Part shown: positions 16,166-25,642 of the stretch, one piece after another
How the letters are laid out: each line of letters opens with the position of its first letter
How positions within the stretch are numbered: position 1 is the stretch's first letter
IMG/VR virus record: IMGVR_UViG_3300037784_000178
Coordinates: 1 to 39,324 of that record
Source of the DNA: a virus
Lineage: Duplodnaviria; Caudoviricetes
Length of the DNA: 39,324 bases
Direction: 5' to 3' (one strand)
Made by a program: the position numbers and the translations under genes
Notes under the pieces: generated by a model
Databases searched by the model: none
What the model saw: the letters and a program-made list of their open reading frames with translations, nothing else
What the model was told of the DNA's origin: nothing

Positions 16166-16756
16166 ATGGCTGAGCCGCTGATCGCCTCGCTCGCTGAGTT
16201 CGCTGCCATCCCCGGCGTGCCGTCGGAAGTGACGCTGCGCCGGCTGATCAAGGACAACCCGGACTTCCCGGCCAAGCCGGGGACCAACGGGGTCGCCTAC
16301 GAGATCGATGTCGAGCAGGGCATTACCTGGCTCAAGGAACGCGAAGCCAAGCGCATTGCGGCCGATCGGGCGCATGCCGAGCAGGTCCGCCAGTTGGGCC
16401 TAGAGCTGCTGGGCGAAGGTGCGGCGGCGGACGTTTCGCAGGCGGGGCTGTCATCGGAAGAGCGGCGCAAGCTGCTCGAGGAAGAATTCTACGCGATCAA
16501 GGTCGCGGAAAAGCGCGGCGAGCTGATCCGCAAAGCGGATATCGAGGCTGCGATCTCGGACGTGCTGGTGGCCGACGCCCGTCGCCGGGCGAGTTTCATG
16601 ACACGGCTCGCCAAGCGGGTGAGCCTGTCGCGCGAGCAGCTCGCCGCTGCAGAGGAATTGATGGAGTTCGATCGCCGCCAGTTCGCGGCCGCATTGAAAG
16701 GACTGACGGAGAACGACGATGCTGATGCAGCGGGTGGAGGCGCTGCCGCCGTTTGA
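16166..16756 (+). CDS. terS: Terminase small subunit (Nu1-like)
   Basis: N-terminal wHTH (SEVTLRRLIK..FP...YEIDV..W), coiled coil, KRGELI motif; overlaps terL. Confidence 0.85.
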   Translation: MAEPLIASLAEFAAIPGVPSEVTLRRLIKDNPDFPAKPGTNGVAYEIDVEQGITWLKEREAKRIAADRAHAEQVRQLGLELLGEGAAADVSQAGLSSEERRKLLEEEFYAIKVAEKRGELIRKADIEAAISDVLVADARRRASFMTRLAKRVSLSREQLAAAEELMEFDRRQFAAALKGLTENDDADAAGGGAAAV

Positions 16757-18800
16757 AACCGGCGCGCAGCTATTCGCTCGGCTCGCATATCTCTACATAC
16801 CCAAGGAGCGGCTGACCGTCTCCGAATGGGCCGCGCGGTTCATGCCGCGCTACGATCCTCTCGCGCTGCCGTATCTCGCCGAGATCATGGACGCCCTGGG
16901 CGATCCGGAGACGGCTGAGGTCGGCGACATGGGGCCCGCTCAGGCGGGCAAGTCCCTGGTCGGTGAAGCGTGGATGGGCTGGACGATTGACCGATCGGCC
17001 GACCCGTTCCTGATGGTGCAGCCTGACAAGTCGGCCGCCGAGGCCTTCGTCAAGCTGCGCATCAACGAGCTGATCCGCTCGATCCCGGTGCTGCGCAATG
17101 CGCTGCTGCCGGACAGCAGCGCGGACAACATGCACCTGAAACTGTTCAAGGGCATGTATGTCGGCGCGGCCTGGCCGGTGAAGTCGCAGCTGCGCCAGCG
17201 GCCCTACTGCAATGTCTGGGCCGACGATTTCGACGCCATGCCCGAGGACATCGAAGGCGAAGGCGGCCTGATCGGCCTGATGAAGGGACGTCAGACCACT
17301 TTCGAGGGGCGCGAGACCATGCTGGTCTCGTCGAGCCCGGCGCTCGAAGGTGGCGGGATCGAGGCCTTCGTCGAGGGCGGCACCGATGAGCGGTTGCATC
17401 CGCGCTGCCCGTGCTGCGGTGAGCGGTGGGAGATCGATCTCCGGCGCGACCTGCATTTTGACCGCAAGGTCGCGGGCCGCCCGGCGACACCCGACGAGGC
17501 GGCGGCGAGCGTGCATGTGGTGTGCGGCGCCAATGGCTGCATCCTCGATGCGGACGCGCGGTTCGAACTGCTGCGCAGCTGCGCCGCGCTGCCGAACCGC
17601 GGCTTCGTCGCGAAAAACAAGGGGGCGAGCAAGTATCGCCGCACGTTCCGGCGCGACGGCCTGATGGCCATGACGAGCTGGACCAAGCTGGCGCGCGATC
17701 TGCGCGAGGCCGAGATTGCCTGGGAAGACCGGCAAGACGAAAGCCTGCTGCGCAGCTTCTATAACGTGAAGGGCGGCAAGAACTACCGCTCTCAGCTGTC
17801 GGGCGAGCGCCCGATCGATGCGACAGAGCTGGCCAAGCGGCGCGAGCCGGGATGGCGGATGGGGACAATCGGACGTGGGCCGAAGGTGCTGCTGGCGCAG
17901 GTCGACGTCCAGCACGACCGCTTCGAGGTCGCAATCCTCGGCTTTGCCGCGGGGCGCGAGACTTGGCTGGTCGACCGCTTCGCGATCACGGTGCTCGACG
18001 ACGGCATCACCGGCGTCCAGCCCTTCGTGCACAAGGAGCACTGGAAGGCGCTGCTGCCGCTGTTCGACCGCAAGGTGCCGATGGTCGAGGGGGCAGAGGT
18101 CAACGTCGAGCGGGGCGAGGTCACCGAACCCGGACGGGTTATCGGCCATGCGCCGATCCTCGCCGTTGCGGTGGACACCGGCGGTTCGGACAAGGCTGGT
18201 GATCAGGCGACCGAAGGCGCGAAATTCTTCTTCGCCGCGGCGGTGGCACTGGGTGTGCACGAGCGGCGGATCACCCTGCTCAAGGGCGGTTCCAAACCGA
18301 CCGCGCCGCTGATGCCGGCGGGGCAGTTCGCCGATCAAAAGATCAAGGGCGGCGCCAAGCGGCGGTCCGCCCGCCTCTGGATCCCGAACGTCCACCGGAT
18401 CAAGAATATCATTGATGCGAGGCTGCGGCGGACGCAGCCGGGACCGGGGTACATCCACCTGCCGGGCGACCTCGGCATGGAATATGTCGAAGAAATCGCC
18501 GCCGAAGAGCTGGTCGACGGCAAGTGGAAGAAGCGACGCACGCGCAACGAGACCTGGGACCACCTGGTCTATGGCGAAGCGACGCTGTTGCGGCCGGGAT
18601 ATGCCCAGAGCCGTGTAGATATGCGCTGGGTGTGGCGCGGGTTCTCGGTGATCTGGCCCAAGGCGGGCGAGACACCGGAGCCCGCCGCCGCCCTGCCCGC
18701 GCCGAAAGTACAGGACGAACCGCCACCGCCGGTTCCTGCAGCACGTCGCCGTAAGGCACCCGTGCGCAGGGGCAGAGGCTGGATGGGCCGGTTGAACTAG
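16719..18800 (+). CDS. terL: Terminase large subunit, lambda GpA family
   Basis: LTVSEWA, AQAGKS Walker A, SSP, CPCCG, VDVQHDR, VDTGG, RNETWD. Confidence 0.95.
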   Translation: MLMQRVEALPPFETGAQLFARLAYLYIPKERLTVSEWAARFMPRYDPLALPYLAEIMDALGDPETAEVGDMGPAQAGKSLVGEAWMGWTIDRSADPFLMVQPDKSAAEAFVKLRINELIRSIPVLRNALLPDSSADNMHLKLFKGMYVGAAWPVKSQLRQRPYCNVWADDFDAMPEDIEGEGGLIGLMKGRQTTFEGRETMLVSSSPALEGGGIEAFVEGGTDERLHPRCPCCGERWEIDLRRDLHFDRKVAGRPATPDEAAASVHVVCGANGCILDADARFELLRSCAALPNRGFVAKNKGASKYRRTFRRDGLMAMTSWTKLARDLREAEIAWEDRQDESLLRSFYNVKGGKNYRSQLSGERPIDATELAKRREPGWRMGTIGRGPKVLLAQVDVQHDRFEVAILGFAAGRETWLVDRFAITVLDDGITGVQPFVHKEHWKALLPLFDRKVPMVEGAEVNVERGEVTEPGRVIGHAPILAVAVDTGGSDKAGDQATEGAKFFFAAAVALGVHERRITLLKGGSKPTAPLMPAGQFADQKIKGGAKRRSARLWIPNVHRIKNIIDARLRRTQPGPGYIHLPGDLGMEYVEEIAAEELVDGKWKKRRTRNETWDHLVYGEATLLRPGYAQSRVDMRWVWRGFSVIWPKAGETPEPAAALPAPKVQDEPPPPVPAARRRKAPVRRGRGWMGRLN

Positions 18801-18808
18801 GAAGAGCC

Positions 18809-19342
18809 ATGACCCTTAGCCGCATGCCCGCGCAGATCATCGCGGGCGACAGCCTGCGCCTGGCGGTCCCGTCCGGGGACTATCCGGCGAGCGCAGGCTG
18901 GTCCGTGGCGCTGGTCCTGACCCCGCTGGCCGGCGGTACGCCGACCAGCATCGCCGGCAGCGAGGCGGGCGGCGAATGGGTCATTGCGCTGGGTTCGAGC
19001 GCGTCGGCCGAGCTTGCGGCAGGGCGGCTGCGCTACCTGCTTGCGGCAACCAAGAATGGCGATCGCTCGACGATCGACCACGGCGAGGTCGAGGTTCTGG
19101 CCAACCCGGCAGACAGCGAGACCGACCTGCGCAGCGCGGCCCAGCGAGCGCTCGACGCGATCGATGCCGTGCTGGCAAATCGCGCTAGTTCGGAAGACAT
19201 GGAGTTCACCTTCGAGGACGGCCGCGCGCTCAAGAAGGTGCCTCATGCCGACCTGCTGACGTTGCGCCGACATTATGCGCGGATCGTTGCGCGCGAACGC
19301 GGCAAGGGTCGCGGCCCGAAGCGCGTGATGGTGAGGCTGTAG
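18809..19342 (+). CDS. Head-tail adaptor / head completion protein (gpW-like C-terminus)
   Basis: Between terL and portal; LDAIDAVL..RA...GRALKKVP..DLL.LR..Y. Confidence 0.7.
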   Translation: MTLSRMPAQIIAGDSLRLAVPSGDYPASAGWSVALVLTPLAGGTPTSIAGSEAGGEWVIALGSSASAELAAGRLRYLLAATKNGDRSTIDHGEVEVLANPADSETDLRSAAQRALDAIDAVLANRASSEDMEFTFEDGRALKKVPHADLLTLRRHYARIVARERGKGRGPKRVMVRL

Positions 19343-19343
19343 G

Positions 19344-20900
19344 ATGAAGATCTTCGGCATCCAGTTCGGGCGGGCAACGCCGGATGACGGCGTGGAAGCC
19401 GTGCCCGAGCTGCCGCCGTTCATGCGGCTGCCGCGCTATGTGATGGGGCGACAATCGCTGGCGCGCAATTTCGAGGTCGGCGCGACCGATCGCCTGGTGC
19501 AGAGCTGGACGCGCACCGACCTGAGCTTCAACCGATCGCTCTTCCGCGACCTCAAGCTGATGCGGGCGCGGAGCCGCGACTTCTTCCGCAACAACGAATT
19601 CGGGCGAAAGTTCGCGCGCCTGGTGCAGATCAATGTGGTCGGCCATGCAGGCTTCACGCTCAAGGTCGATTGTCGCCGACGTGACGGCAGCTTCGACGAG
19701 CAGGACAGCGCGCGCGTGGGCGCTGCCTATCGACGCTGGGCCAAGCCGGGGCAGTATGATGTCACCGGGCGGCTGAGCGAAAACCAGTTCGACGCGCTCG
19801 CGATCCTGATGGTCGCCCGCGACGGGGAAGTTCTGATCCGCAAGGTCGAGGGTAACGACCGGGGCATCCACCACTGCCAGCTGCAGCTACTGGCCGGGCA
19901 TGTGCTCGACGAGCAACTCAACCGCGAACTGGCCAACGGGCACCGGATCCGCATGGGGGTGGAATTCGACACCTTCATGAAGCCGGTCGCCTACTGGCTG
20001 CGCAAGGACACGAAGACGGGCGATCTCTACGGCAATTGGACGCAGGACTTCGAGCGCGTCCCGGCCGAGCAGATCATCCACCTGTTCGTGCATGAAGAGA
20101 TCGACCAGTGGCGCGGCGCGCCGTGGGCTTATGCCGCGCTGCGGCGCGCGCGGATGCTCGACCAGTATGACGAAGCGGCGCTGGTGGCCGCCAATGTCGG
20201 CGCGGCCAAGATGGGCTTCTTCCAGCAGAAGGACCCTGAGGCAGGCGCGCCGATGCGCGTCGACGAGGAAGATGGCGGAGAGGCGATCGACGCCGAACAG
20301 GATTTCATCAGCGAGGCGGCTCCCGGCCAGTTTGACGTGATCCCCGACGGTTACGAGCTGACCGAATGGGATCCCGACTATCCGCACGCGAACTACGAGC
20401 CTTTCGTGAAAGCGATCGCGCGAACGCTCGCGACCGGGTGCCTGGTCAGCTATCACGGCCTGACCGGCGACCTGACGCAGGTCAACTTCTCCTCGATCCG
20501 GGCGGGCACGCTCGAGGAGCGGGAGATGTGGAAGCAGCTGCAGGGCTGGTACATCGAGACGGTCAAGGTCCCGGTGTTCGAGTGGTGGCTTGCCCGGGCG
20601 ATGTTGTTCGACGCCGAGCTGCGCCAATTACCCTATGCCCAGTTCGACAAGTTCAACGCGCCGATGTTCTTCGGCCGCCGGTGGGACTGGGTCGATCCGA
20701 AGAGCGACGTGATGGCGCACCGCGAGGCAGTGGCTCTCGGGATCGCCAGTCGCGCGCAGATCATCCGCGAGCGCGGCCGCGATCCGGAAGAGGTGTGGGC
20801 CGAACTTGAGGCCGAGGCCGAGCGTGGCTTCGGTCAGCCTGCGGCAGGCGGGCAGGCGGCGGCTGATGCGCCGGAAGACGAGCGCCCCGAGCGCAACTGA
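19344..20900 (+). CDS. Portal protein, lambda family
   Basis: MRARSRD..RNN, RDGEV, GVEFD...PVAYW, QWRGAPW, LTGDLTQVNFSSIRAG, WVDPKSD. Confidence 0.95.
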   Translation: MKIFGIQFGRATPDDGVEAVPELPPFMRLPRYVMGRQSLARNFEVGATDRLVQSWTRTDLSFNRSLFRDLKLMRARSRDFFRNNEFGRKFARLVQINVVGHAGFTLKVDCRRRDGSFDEQDSARVGAAYRRWAKPGQYDVTGRLSENQFDALAILMVARDGEVLIRKVEGNDRGIHHCQLQLLAGHVLDEQLNRELANGHRIRMGVEFDTFMKPVAYWLRKDTKTGDLYGNWTQDFERVPAEQIIHLFVHEEIDQWRGAPWAYAALRRARMLDQYDEAALVAANVGAAKMGFFQQKDPEAGAPMRVDEEDGGEAIDAEQDFISEAAPGQFDVIPDGYELTEWDPDYPHANYEPFVKAIARTLATGCLVSYHGLTGDLTQVNFSSIRAGTLEEREMWKQLQGWYIETVKVPVFEWWLARAMLFDAELRQLPYAQFDKFNAPMFFGRRWDWVDPKSDVMAHREAVALGIASRAQIIRERGRDPEEVWAELEAEAERGFGQPAAGGQAAADAPEDERPERN

Positions 20901-20913
20901 CAGGAGCCAGACG

Positions 20914-22944
20914 ATGACGAGAATTGCAATGGTCGCCGGTCTGTCCGGCGTCACGATGGCGCGTGCGCTGATGACCCGTGACGGCGAGGCGCCGCCCGAG
21001 CAGCTGACCCGCGAGCTGACCTTCGAGGTCCGCGCCGAGACCATCGACGAGGCCAAGCGCACCGTCGAGCTGAGCTTTTCCTCGGAAGAACCCTACCGCC
21101 GCTGGTGGGGTACCGAGATCCTCGATCACAAGGCATCGTCCGTCAGGCTTGGCCGCCTGAATGCGGGCGGTGCCCTGCTGATGGACCACAACACCCGTGA
21201 CCAGGTGGGTGTGGTCGAGCGTGCCTCGATCAAGGGCCGCAAGGGCCTCGCAACCGTCCGGTTCGGCAAATCGGCGCGGGCGCAGGAGGTCTTCGAGGAT
21301 GTCAAGGACGGCATCCGCAAGCTGGTGAGCGTCGGTTACCGCATCCACGAACTGGTCCTGGAGAAATCCAAGGACGGCGAGGAGACGTACCGGGCCACCG
21401 ACTGGGAACCCTACGAAATCAGCTTTGTCGCGGTGCCTGCCGATCCTTCGGTGGGCGTGGGCCGTGACGGGCAGCCTGCCGGGTTCGACCCGCGCACCCT
21501 GATCCAAGAAGAGGACGAAGACATGAACGTGACCCGCAATGCCGGCGGCGCGACCGCGCCCGCCGTTCCGCCCGCTGCGCCCGCAGCTCCCGCCGCTCCG
21601 GTGGTGACCAACGAGACCCGCGATGCGGCTCCGGCCGCGCCCGCCGGTCCGAGTGCCGACGAGGTCCGCCGCCTCGAGCGTTCGCGCATTGCCAACATCC
21701 GGGCAATGGGCGAGCGGCTCAACTGCGCCGACCTCGCCAACGCCGCGATCGATGACGGCCGCAGCCTCGAGGACTTCATCGCCGCGTACCAGGAAAAGCA
21801 GGGTGCCGGCTCTGCGATCCGCACCGCGGAGGACCCGGCAATCGGCCTGAGCGAGCGCGAGCAGCGCAGCTACAGCTTCCTTCGGCTGCTCAACGCGATG
21901 GCCAATCCGAACGACCGTCGCGCCCAGGAAGACGCCGCGTTCGAGCTCGAATGCTCGGCCGCGGCGCAGCGCAAGCGCGACAAGATCGACCAGCGCGGTT
22001 TCACCGTGCCGGTCGACGTCATGCGCGGCAATCCTTCCGACCAGCGCCGCGACCTGACGGTCGGCACCAATACCGCCGGCGGCCACACCGTGGCGACCGA
22101 CCTGCTGGCGTCGAGCTTCATCGACCTGCTGCGGAATGCGATGGCGCTGACGCCGATGGGGATCCGGATGATGACCGACCTCAACGGCAACATCGCCATC
22201 CCGCGGGCCACCGGCGGGGCCACCGCCTACTGGGTCGCGGAGAGCGGCGCGCCGACCGAAAGCCAGCAGGCCTTCGACCAGGTGGCGATGACCCCCAAGA
22301 CGGTCGGCGCCTTCACCGATATCTCGCGCAAGCTGCTGCTCCAGTCCTCGATCGATGTCGAGGCCTTCGTCCGGCAGGACCTCGCGACGGTGCTGGGTCT
22401 CGCGATCGACCTTGCCGGCGTCAACGGCTCGGGGAGCTCGAACCAGCCCCGCGGCGTGCTCAACACCTCGGGCATCGGCTCGGTGGCGGGCGGCACCAAC
22501 GGCGCGGCGCCGACCTACGATCACATTGTCGACCTCGAAACCAAGGTTGCCGTGGACAACGCGGCGATCGGCAATCTCGGCTACCTGACCAACACCAAGG
22601 TGCGCGGTCAGCTGAAGAAGACCGAGATGTTCGACGGCACCAATGGCCGCCCGGTGTGGGAGAACGGCGAGACCCCGCTCAACGGCTACCGCGCCGGCGT
22701 GTCCAACCAGGTGCCCGCCAACCTGACCAAGGGGACCGCCGATGCAATCTGCTCGGCGATCATCTTCGGCAACTGGGCCGACCTGATGCTCGGCATGTGG
22801 GGCGGGCTCGACCTGATGGTCGATCCCTACACCAACTCCACCAGCGGCACTGTGCGCATCGTCGCGCTGCAGGACGTGGACTTCGCTGTCCGGCACCCGG
22901 AGAGCTTCGCCGCGATGCTCGACGCCCTGACCCCGGGCGTCTGA
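20914..22944 (+). CDS. Fused HK97-type prohead protease, scaffold-like linker and major capsid protein
   Basis: LLMDH, VSVGY, WEPYEISFVAVPAD protease motifs; Pro/Ala linker; AYWVAE, ISRKLLLQSS, IFGNW capsid motifs; SD AGGAG. Confidence 0.93.
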   Translation: MTRIAMVAGLSGVTMARALMTRDGEAPPEQLTRELTFEVRAETIDEAKRTVELSFSSEEPYRRWWGTEILDHKASSVRLGRLNAGGALLMDHNTRDQVGVVERASIKGRKGLATVRFGKSARAQEVFEDVKDGIRKLVSVGYRIHELVLEKSKDGEETYRATDWEPYEISFVAVPADPSVGVGRDGQPAGFDPRTLIQEEDEDMNVTRNAGGATAPAVPPAAPAAPAAPVVTNETRDAAPAAPAGPSADEVRRLERSRIANIRAMGERLNCADLANAAIDDGRSLEDFIAAYQEKQGAGSAIRTAEDPAIGLSEREQRSYSFLRLLNAMANPNDRRAQEDAAFELECSAAAQRKRDKIDQRGFTVPVDVMRGNPSDQRRDLTVGTNTAGGHTVATDLLASSFIDLLRNAMALTPMGIRMMTDLNGNIAIPRATGGATAYWVAESGAPTESQQAFDQVAMTPKTVGAFTDISRKLLLQSSIDVEAFVRQDLATVLGLAIDLAGVNGSGSSNQPRGVLNTSGIGSVAGGTNGAAPTYDHIVDLETKVAVDNAAIGNLGYLTNTKVRGQLKKTEMFDGTNGRPVWENGETPLNGYRAGVSNQVPANLTKGTADAICSAIIFGNWADLMLGMWGGLDLMVDPYTNSTSGTVRIVALQDVDFAVRHPESFAAMLDALTPGV

Positions 22945-22957
22945 TCCTGCGCCCGGT

Positions 22958-22994
22958 CCGGGGGCGAGTGTGACGCTCGCTCGCCCCCGGCTTT
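22958..22994 (+). terminator. GC-rich hairpin after the capsid gene (possible terminator or RNA stabiliser)
   Basis: CCGGGGGCGAG / CTCGCCCCCGG 11-bp stem followed by only CTTT. Confidence 0.5.
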
Positions 22995-23072
22995 GCGGCC
23001 TGCCCCGCCCCCTCCCTCCCATCCTCCCGAGCCAACGGGCGGGGCAGACCCCAAGGTTTCACCACAGGAGAC

Positions 23073-23426
23073 ATGATCATGGCTGCAAAGAAGAAAGCCG
23101 CTCCGGCGGACGAAACGCTGGTCGCGAAGACGGCCATCGCAATCGAAGGCAAGCATTTCGATGCCGGCGCGCCAATCGAGGGCGTGAGCGCCGACGAAGT
23201 CAAGATCGCGATCCGCCTCGGCCGCGTGGTCTCCTCGACCAGCGAGGCCGGCCAGAGCGTGCTGGCTGCTCGCGCTTCGATCGCCGCCGCCGAGCTGGCC
23301 GCCAAGGAACATGCGGAACGTCAGGCCAAGGAACATGCGGAACGTCAGGCCAAGGAAGAGGCTGAGCGTCAGGCCGGGGACGCGGGAAACGCGGCATCCT
23401 CGACCGACGGTCAGCCGCAAGCCTGA
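23073..23426 (+). CDS. Small head-associated protein with charged helical repeats
   Basis: SD AGGAG; position after the capsid gene; AKEHAERQ repeats. Confidence 0.7.
   Translation: MIMAAKKKAAPADETLVAKTAIAIEGKHFDAGAPIEGVSADEVKIAIRLGRVVSSTSEAGQSVLAARASIAAAELAAKEHAERQAKEHAERQAKEEAERQAGDAGNAASSTDGQPQA
23301..23372 (+). repeat. 24-bp tandem repeat (two exact copies, one degenerate)
   Basis: GCCAAGGAACATGCGGAACGTCAG x2 then GCCAAGGAAGAGGCTGAGCGTCAG. Confidence 0.9.
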
Positions 23427-23454
23427 TCGCGACAACACGGCGAGGGGGCATCCG

Positions 23455-23640
23455 ATGAAGCTGATCCGGCTCAATACCGCAGTTGCCGACAATGGCGGGC
23501 GCTATTGCCACGCCGGTGATCGGGTGACGGTTGGCGACGGCGCGCGCGCTCTCGCCGCTGGTCGAGCTCGTGTGCTGGTCGCGGACGGTTCGGCCGTCGA
23601 TGTCACCCCGCCCGAGCGCAAGACTGCCCGGCGCAAATGA
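23455..23640 (+). CDS. Small hypothetical virion or packaging accessory protein
   Basis: SD GAGGGG; MKLIRLNTAV...GDRVTV...RARVLVADGSA; ATGA coupling. Confidence 0.65.
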   Translation: MKLIRLNTAVADNGGRYCHAGDRVTVGDGARALAAGRARVLVADGSAVDVTPPERKTARRK

Positions 23641-23960
23641 CGAACCTTCCCGGCGGCGAGGCACCGGCGCGCGCAATCCGCGCGGCGATGGGAAAGCGCG
23701 TGCGCTACACCGGCGCGGGTGTGTCGAGCAAATCGGTGATCGCCGTCAGATCGAGCGCATCCGCGGGGCTGTTCATGGACGACATCCAGAACACCCGGCA
23801 GCTGAGCTTCGAGATCGGCAAGGAAGACCTCAACGGCGAGCCTGACGAGGGCGATATCCTGATCGAGAACGACGGCGCAGGCCCGATCTGGAGCGTGATC
23901 GAGCATGTCGACCGAGACGATGTCGACGCCTGGTTGGTGCGCGTCAAGGCGGCAGCATGA
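23637..23960 (+). CDS. Head-tail joining protein (FII-like)
   Basis: Size, position and beta-rich pattern (EPDEGDIL..WSV). Confidence 0.7.
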   Translation: MTNLPGGEAPARAIRAAMGKRVRYTGAGVSSKSVIAVRSSASAGLFMDDIQNTRQLSFEIGKEDLNGEPDEGDILIENDGAGPIWSVIEHVDRDDVDAWLVRVKAAA

Positions 23961-24391
23961 CGGCGGTCCGCGAGCGCATCTTCGCCGAGGTCGAAGCGCG
24001 CCTCGCCGCCATTGCCTCGCCCACCGTGGCCGAGGTGCGGCGGATGCCTTCGGGCGATCCGTCGCGCTTCCCGGCGCTGTTCATCTTCGACCAGGGCGAT
24101 GTCGCCGACCAGGACGAGGAGGAGACCGACGCGATGGCCTTCGTGCTGTCGCTGGGCATTGACGGCTTCGTCGCCGGAGATGCGCCCCACACTGCCGCCA
24201 ACGCGCTTTATGCCGCCGTGGTGGAAGCGCTGTTTCCGCAGCCTGTGCTGGACGGGCTCGCCACCGAGATCCGCATCGTCCGGCTCGACATGGCGGTCGC
24301 CGAGCGCGCCCGCGATCACCGGCTCGGCTTCGCGCTCGAGCTCGCCATTCATTACCACACGCGGTTCGGCGAGCCGCAGCAACCTGCCTGA
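23957..24391 (+). CDS. Tail terminator protein (gpU-like)
   Basis: MTAVRERIFAEV..RL, LDGLA, IHYHT..GEP; directly before the tail tube gene. Confidence 0.75.
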   Translation: MTAVRERIFAEVEARLAAIASPTVAEVRRMPSGDPSRFPALFIFDQGDVADQDEEETDAMAFVLSLGIDGFVAGDAPHTAANALYAAVVEALFPQPVLDGLATEIRIVRLDMAVAERARDHRLGFALELAIHYHTRFGEPQQPA

Positions 24392-24402
24392 GGAGCACAA
24401 CC

Positions 24403-25632
24403 ATGACCATCAAGCTGCGCCATCGCAACGTCGCGATGCGGTTCAAGATCGAGACCACCGAAGGGGAGGACGCCGCGCCGGACGGTACCAACGCCTTCCC
24501 GTTCGAGGTCGACGGGTACGAATACAACAGCCCCTACCGCGCCGAGGGTTCGCAGGAAGCGAACAGTTCGATGGCGGCTTCGGCGCCGCTGGTGATCGGC
24601 CAGCCCGCCGACATCACCATCCGGGTGCGGATGAAGGGTGCGGGCGCGGGCTCGACCTATTCGTCGTCGGTCAAGCCTCCGCACCATGATCTGCTCGCCG
24701 CCTGTGGCTGGCGCGGGCTGTTCAACGCGGCAGTGGCAGCAACCGCGCTTGCCGCCGGCACCACGAGCGCGGCGACGCTGGCGACGCCTTTCGCCAACAC
24801 CGCGCAGACCTATCGCGGGCTGCCCCTGCAGCTGGCGGGCGGTTCGTCCGGCGGCCGGATCGCGCATATCAGCGATTACACCGCCGCGCGCGTGGCGACG
24901 CTGACCGACCTGTTCGGCGCCGCGCTCGACACCAACGTGACCGCGGCGCTTCCCGCCAACTGGAGCTACGCGCCGACCAGCCCGGCCGATGCCGCTGCGC
25001 GCGCTTCCGATCACCCGTCGGGCACGCTCTACATCTACGAGGACGGCGTCCTGCGGAAATTCTTCGGCCTGCGCGGCACGGTCGATTTCGCGGGCGAGAC
25101 CGCCCGGCCCGGCTTCATGACCTTCCGCTTCATGGGCATCTACGGCGGCAAGACGGACGCCACGCGCGTCAGCGACACGATCCCCCAGAACGTGGCGCCG
25201 ATCCTCGCGATGGGTACCGACGGGGTGACGCCGTCGGTGGTGATCGATCGCAAGAGCCTTGCGGTGCGCAACTGGGCACTCGGGGTCAACCAGCAGATGG
25301 AAGTCAGCGACGATCCCAACACCGCCTACGGTTTCGGGGCCAGCGACATCGCGGGCCGCGCCGCCATGCTCACCCTCGACCCGATCGAGACGCTGGTCGC
25401 CAACCGCGACGTGATCGCCGATATCGAGGCAGGCACGCGCTACACCGGCGTGATCCGCTGCGGCACTGTGGCGGGCAATCGCTGGTCGATGACCCTGCCG
25501 CTGCTCCAGCCTGCCGAAAGCGCGCCCGGCCGCCGCGGCATTTTCCGCACGGAGGAGCTGTCGCTTTACGCGCTCAACTCCGGTGTCGGCCCGTCGACGC
25601 GGGATTCCGACGCCATCCTGTGCTTCTACTGA
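24403..25632 (+). CDS. Major tail tube protein
   Basis: SD GAGGAG; KIETTEGEDAAP, LLAACG, TLYIYEDG...GLRGT, GTVAGN motifs. Confidence 0.8.
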   Translation: MTIKLRHRNVAMRFKIETTEGEDAAPDGTNAFPFEVDGYEYNSPYRAEGSQEANSSMAASAPLVIGQPADITIRVRMKGAGAGSTYSSSVKPPHHDLLAACGWRGLFNAAVAATALAAGTTSAATLATPFANTAQTYRGLPLQLAGGSSGGRIAHISDYTAARVATLTDLFGAALDTNVTAALPANWSYAPTSPADAAARASDHPSGTLYIYEDGVLRKFFGLRGTVDFAGETARPGFMTFRFMGIYGGKTDATRVSDTIPQNVAPILAMGTDGVTPSVVIDRKSLAVRNWALGVNQQMEVSDDPNTAYGFGASDIAGRAAMLTLDPIETLVANRDVIADIEAGTRYTGVIRCGTVAGNRWSMTLPLLQPAESAPGRRGIFRTEELSLYALNSGVGPSTRDSDAILCFY

Positions 25633-25642
25633 GGAAGGCCAG

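Noticed and set aside
20761-23022. 753-aa antisense ORF over the capsid gene (similar ones at 16770-18563, 27168-29156 and 7549-8790)
   Set aside because: Antisense shadows of well-supported genes
23301-23372. Possible CRISPR-like repeat
   Set aside because: Contiguous in-frame coding repeats with no spacers
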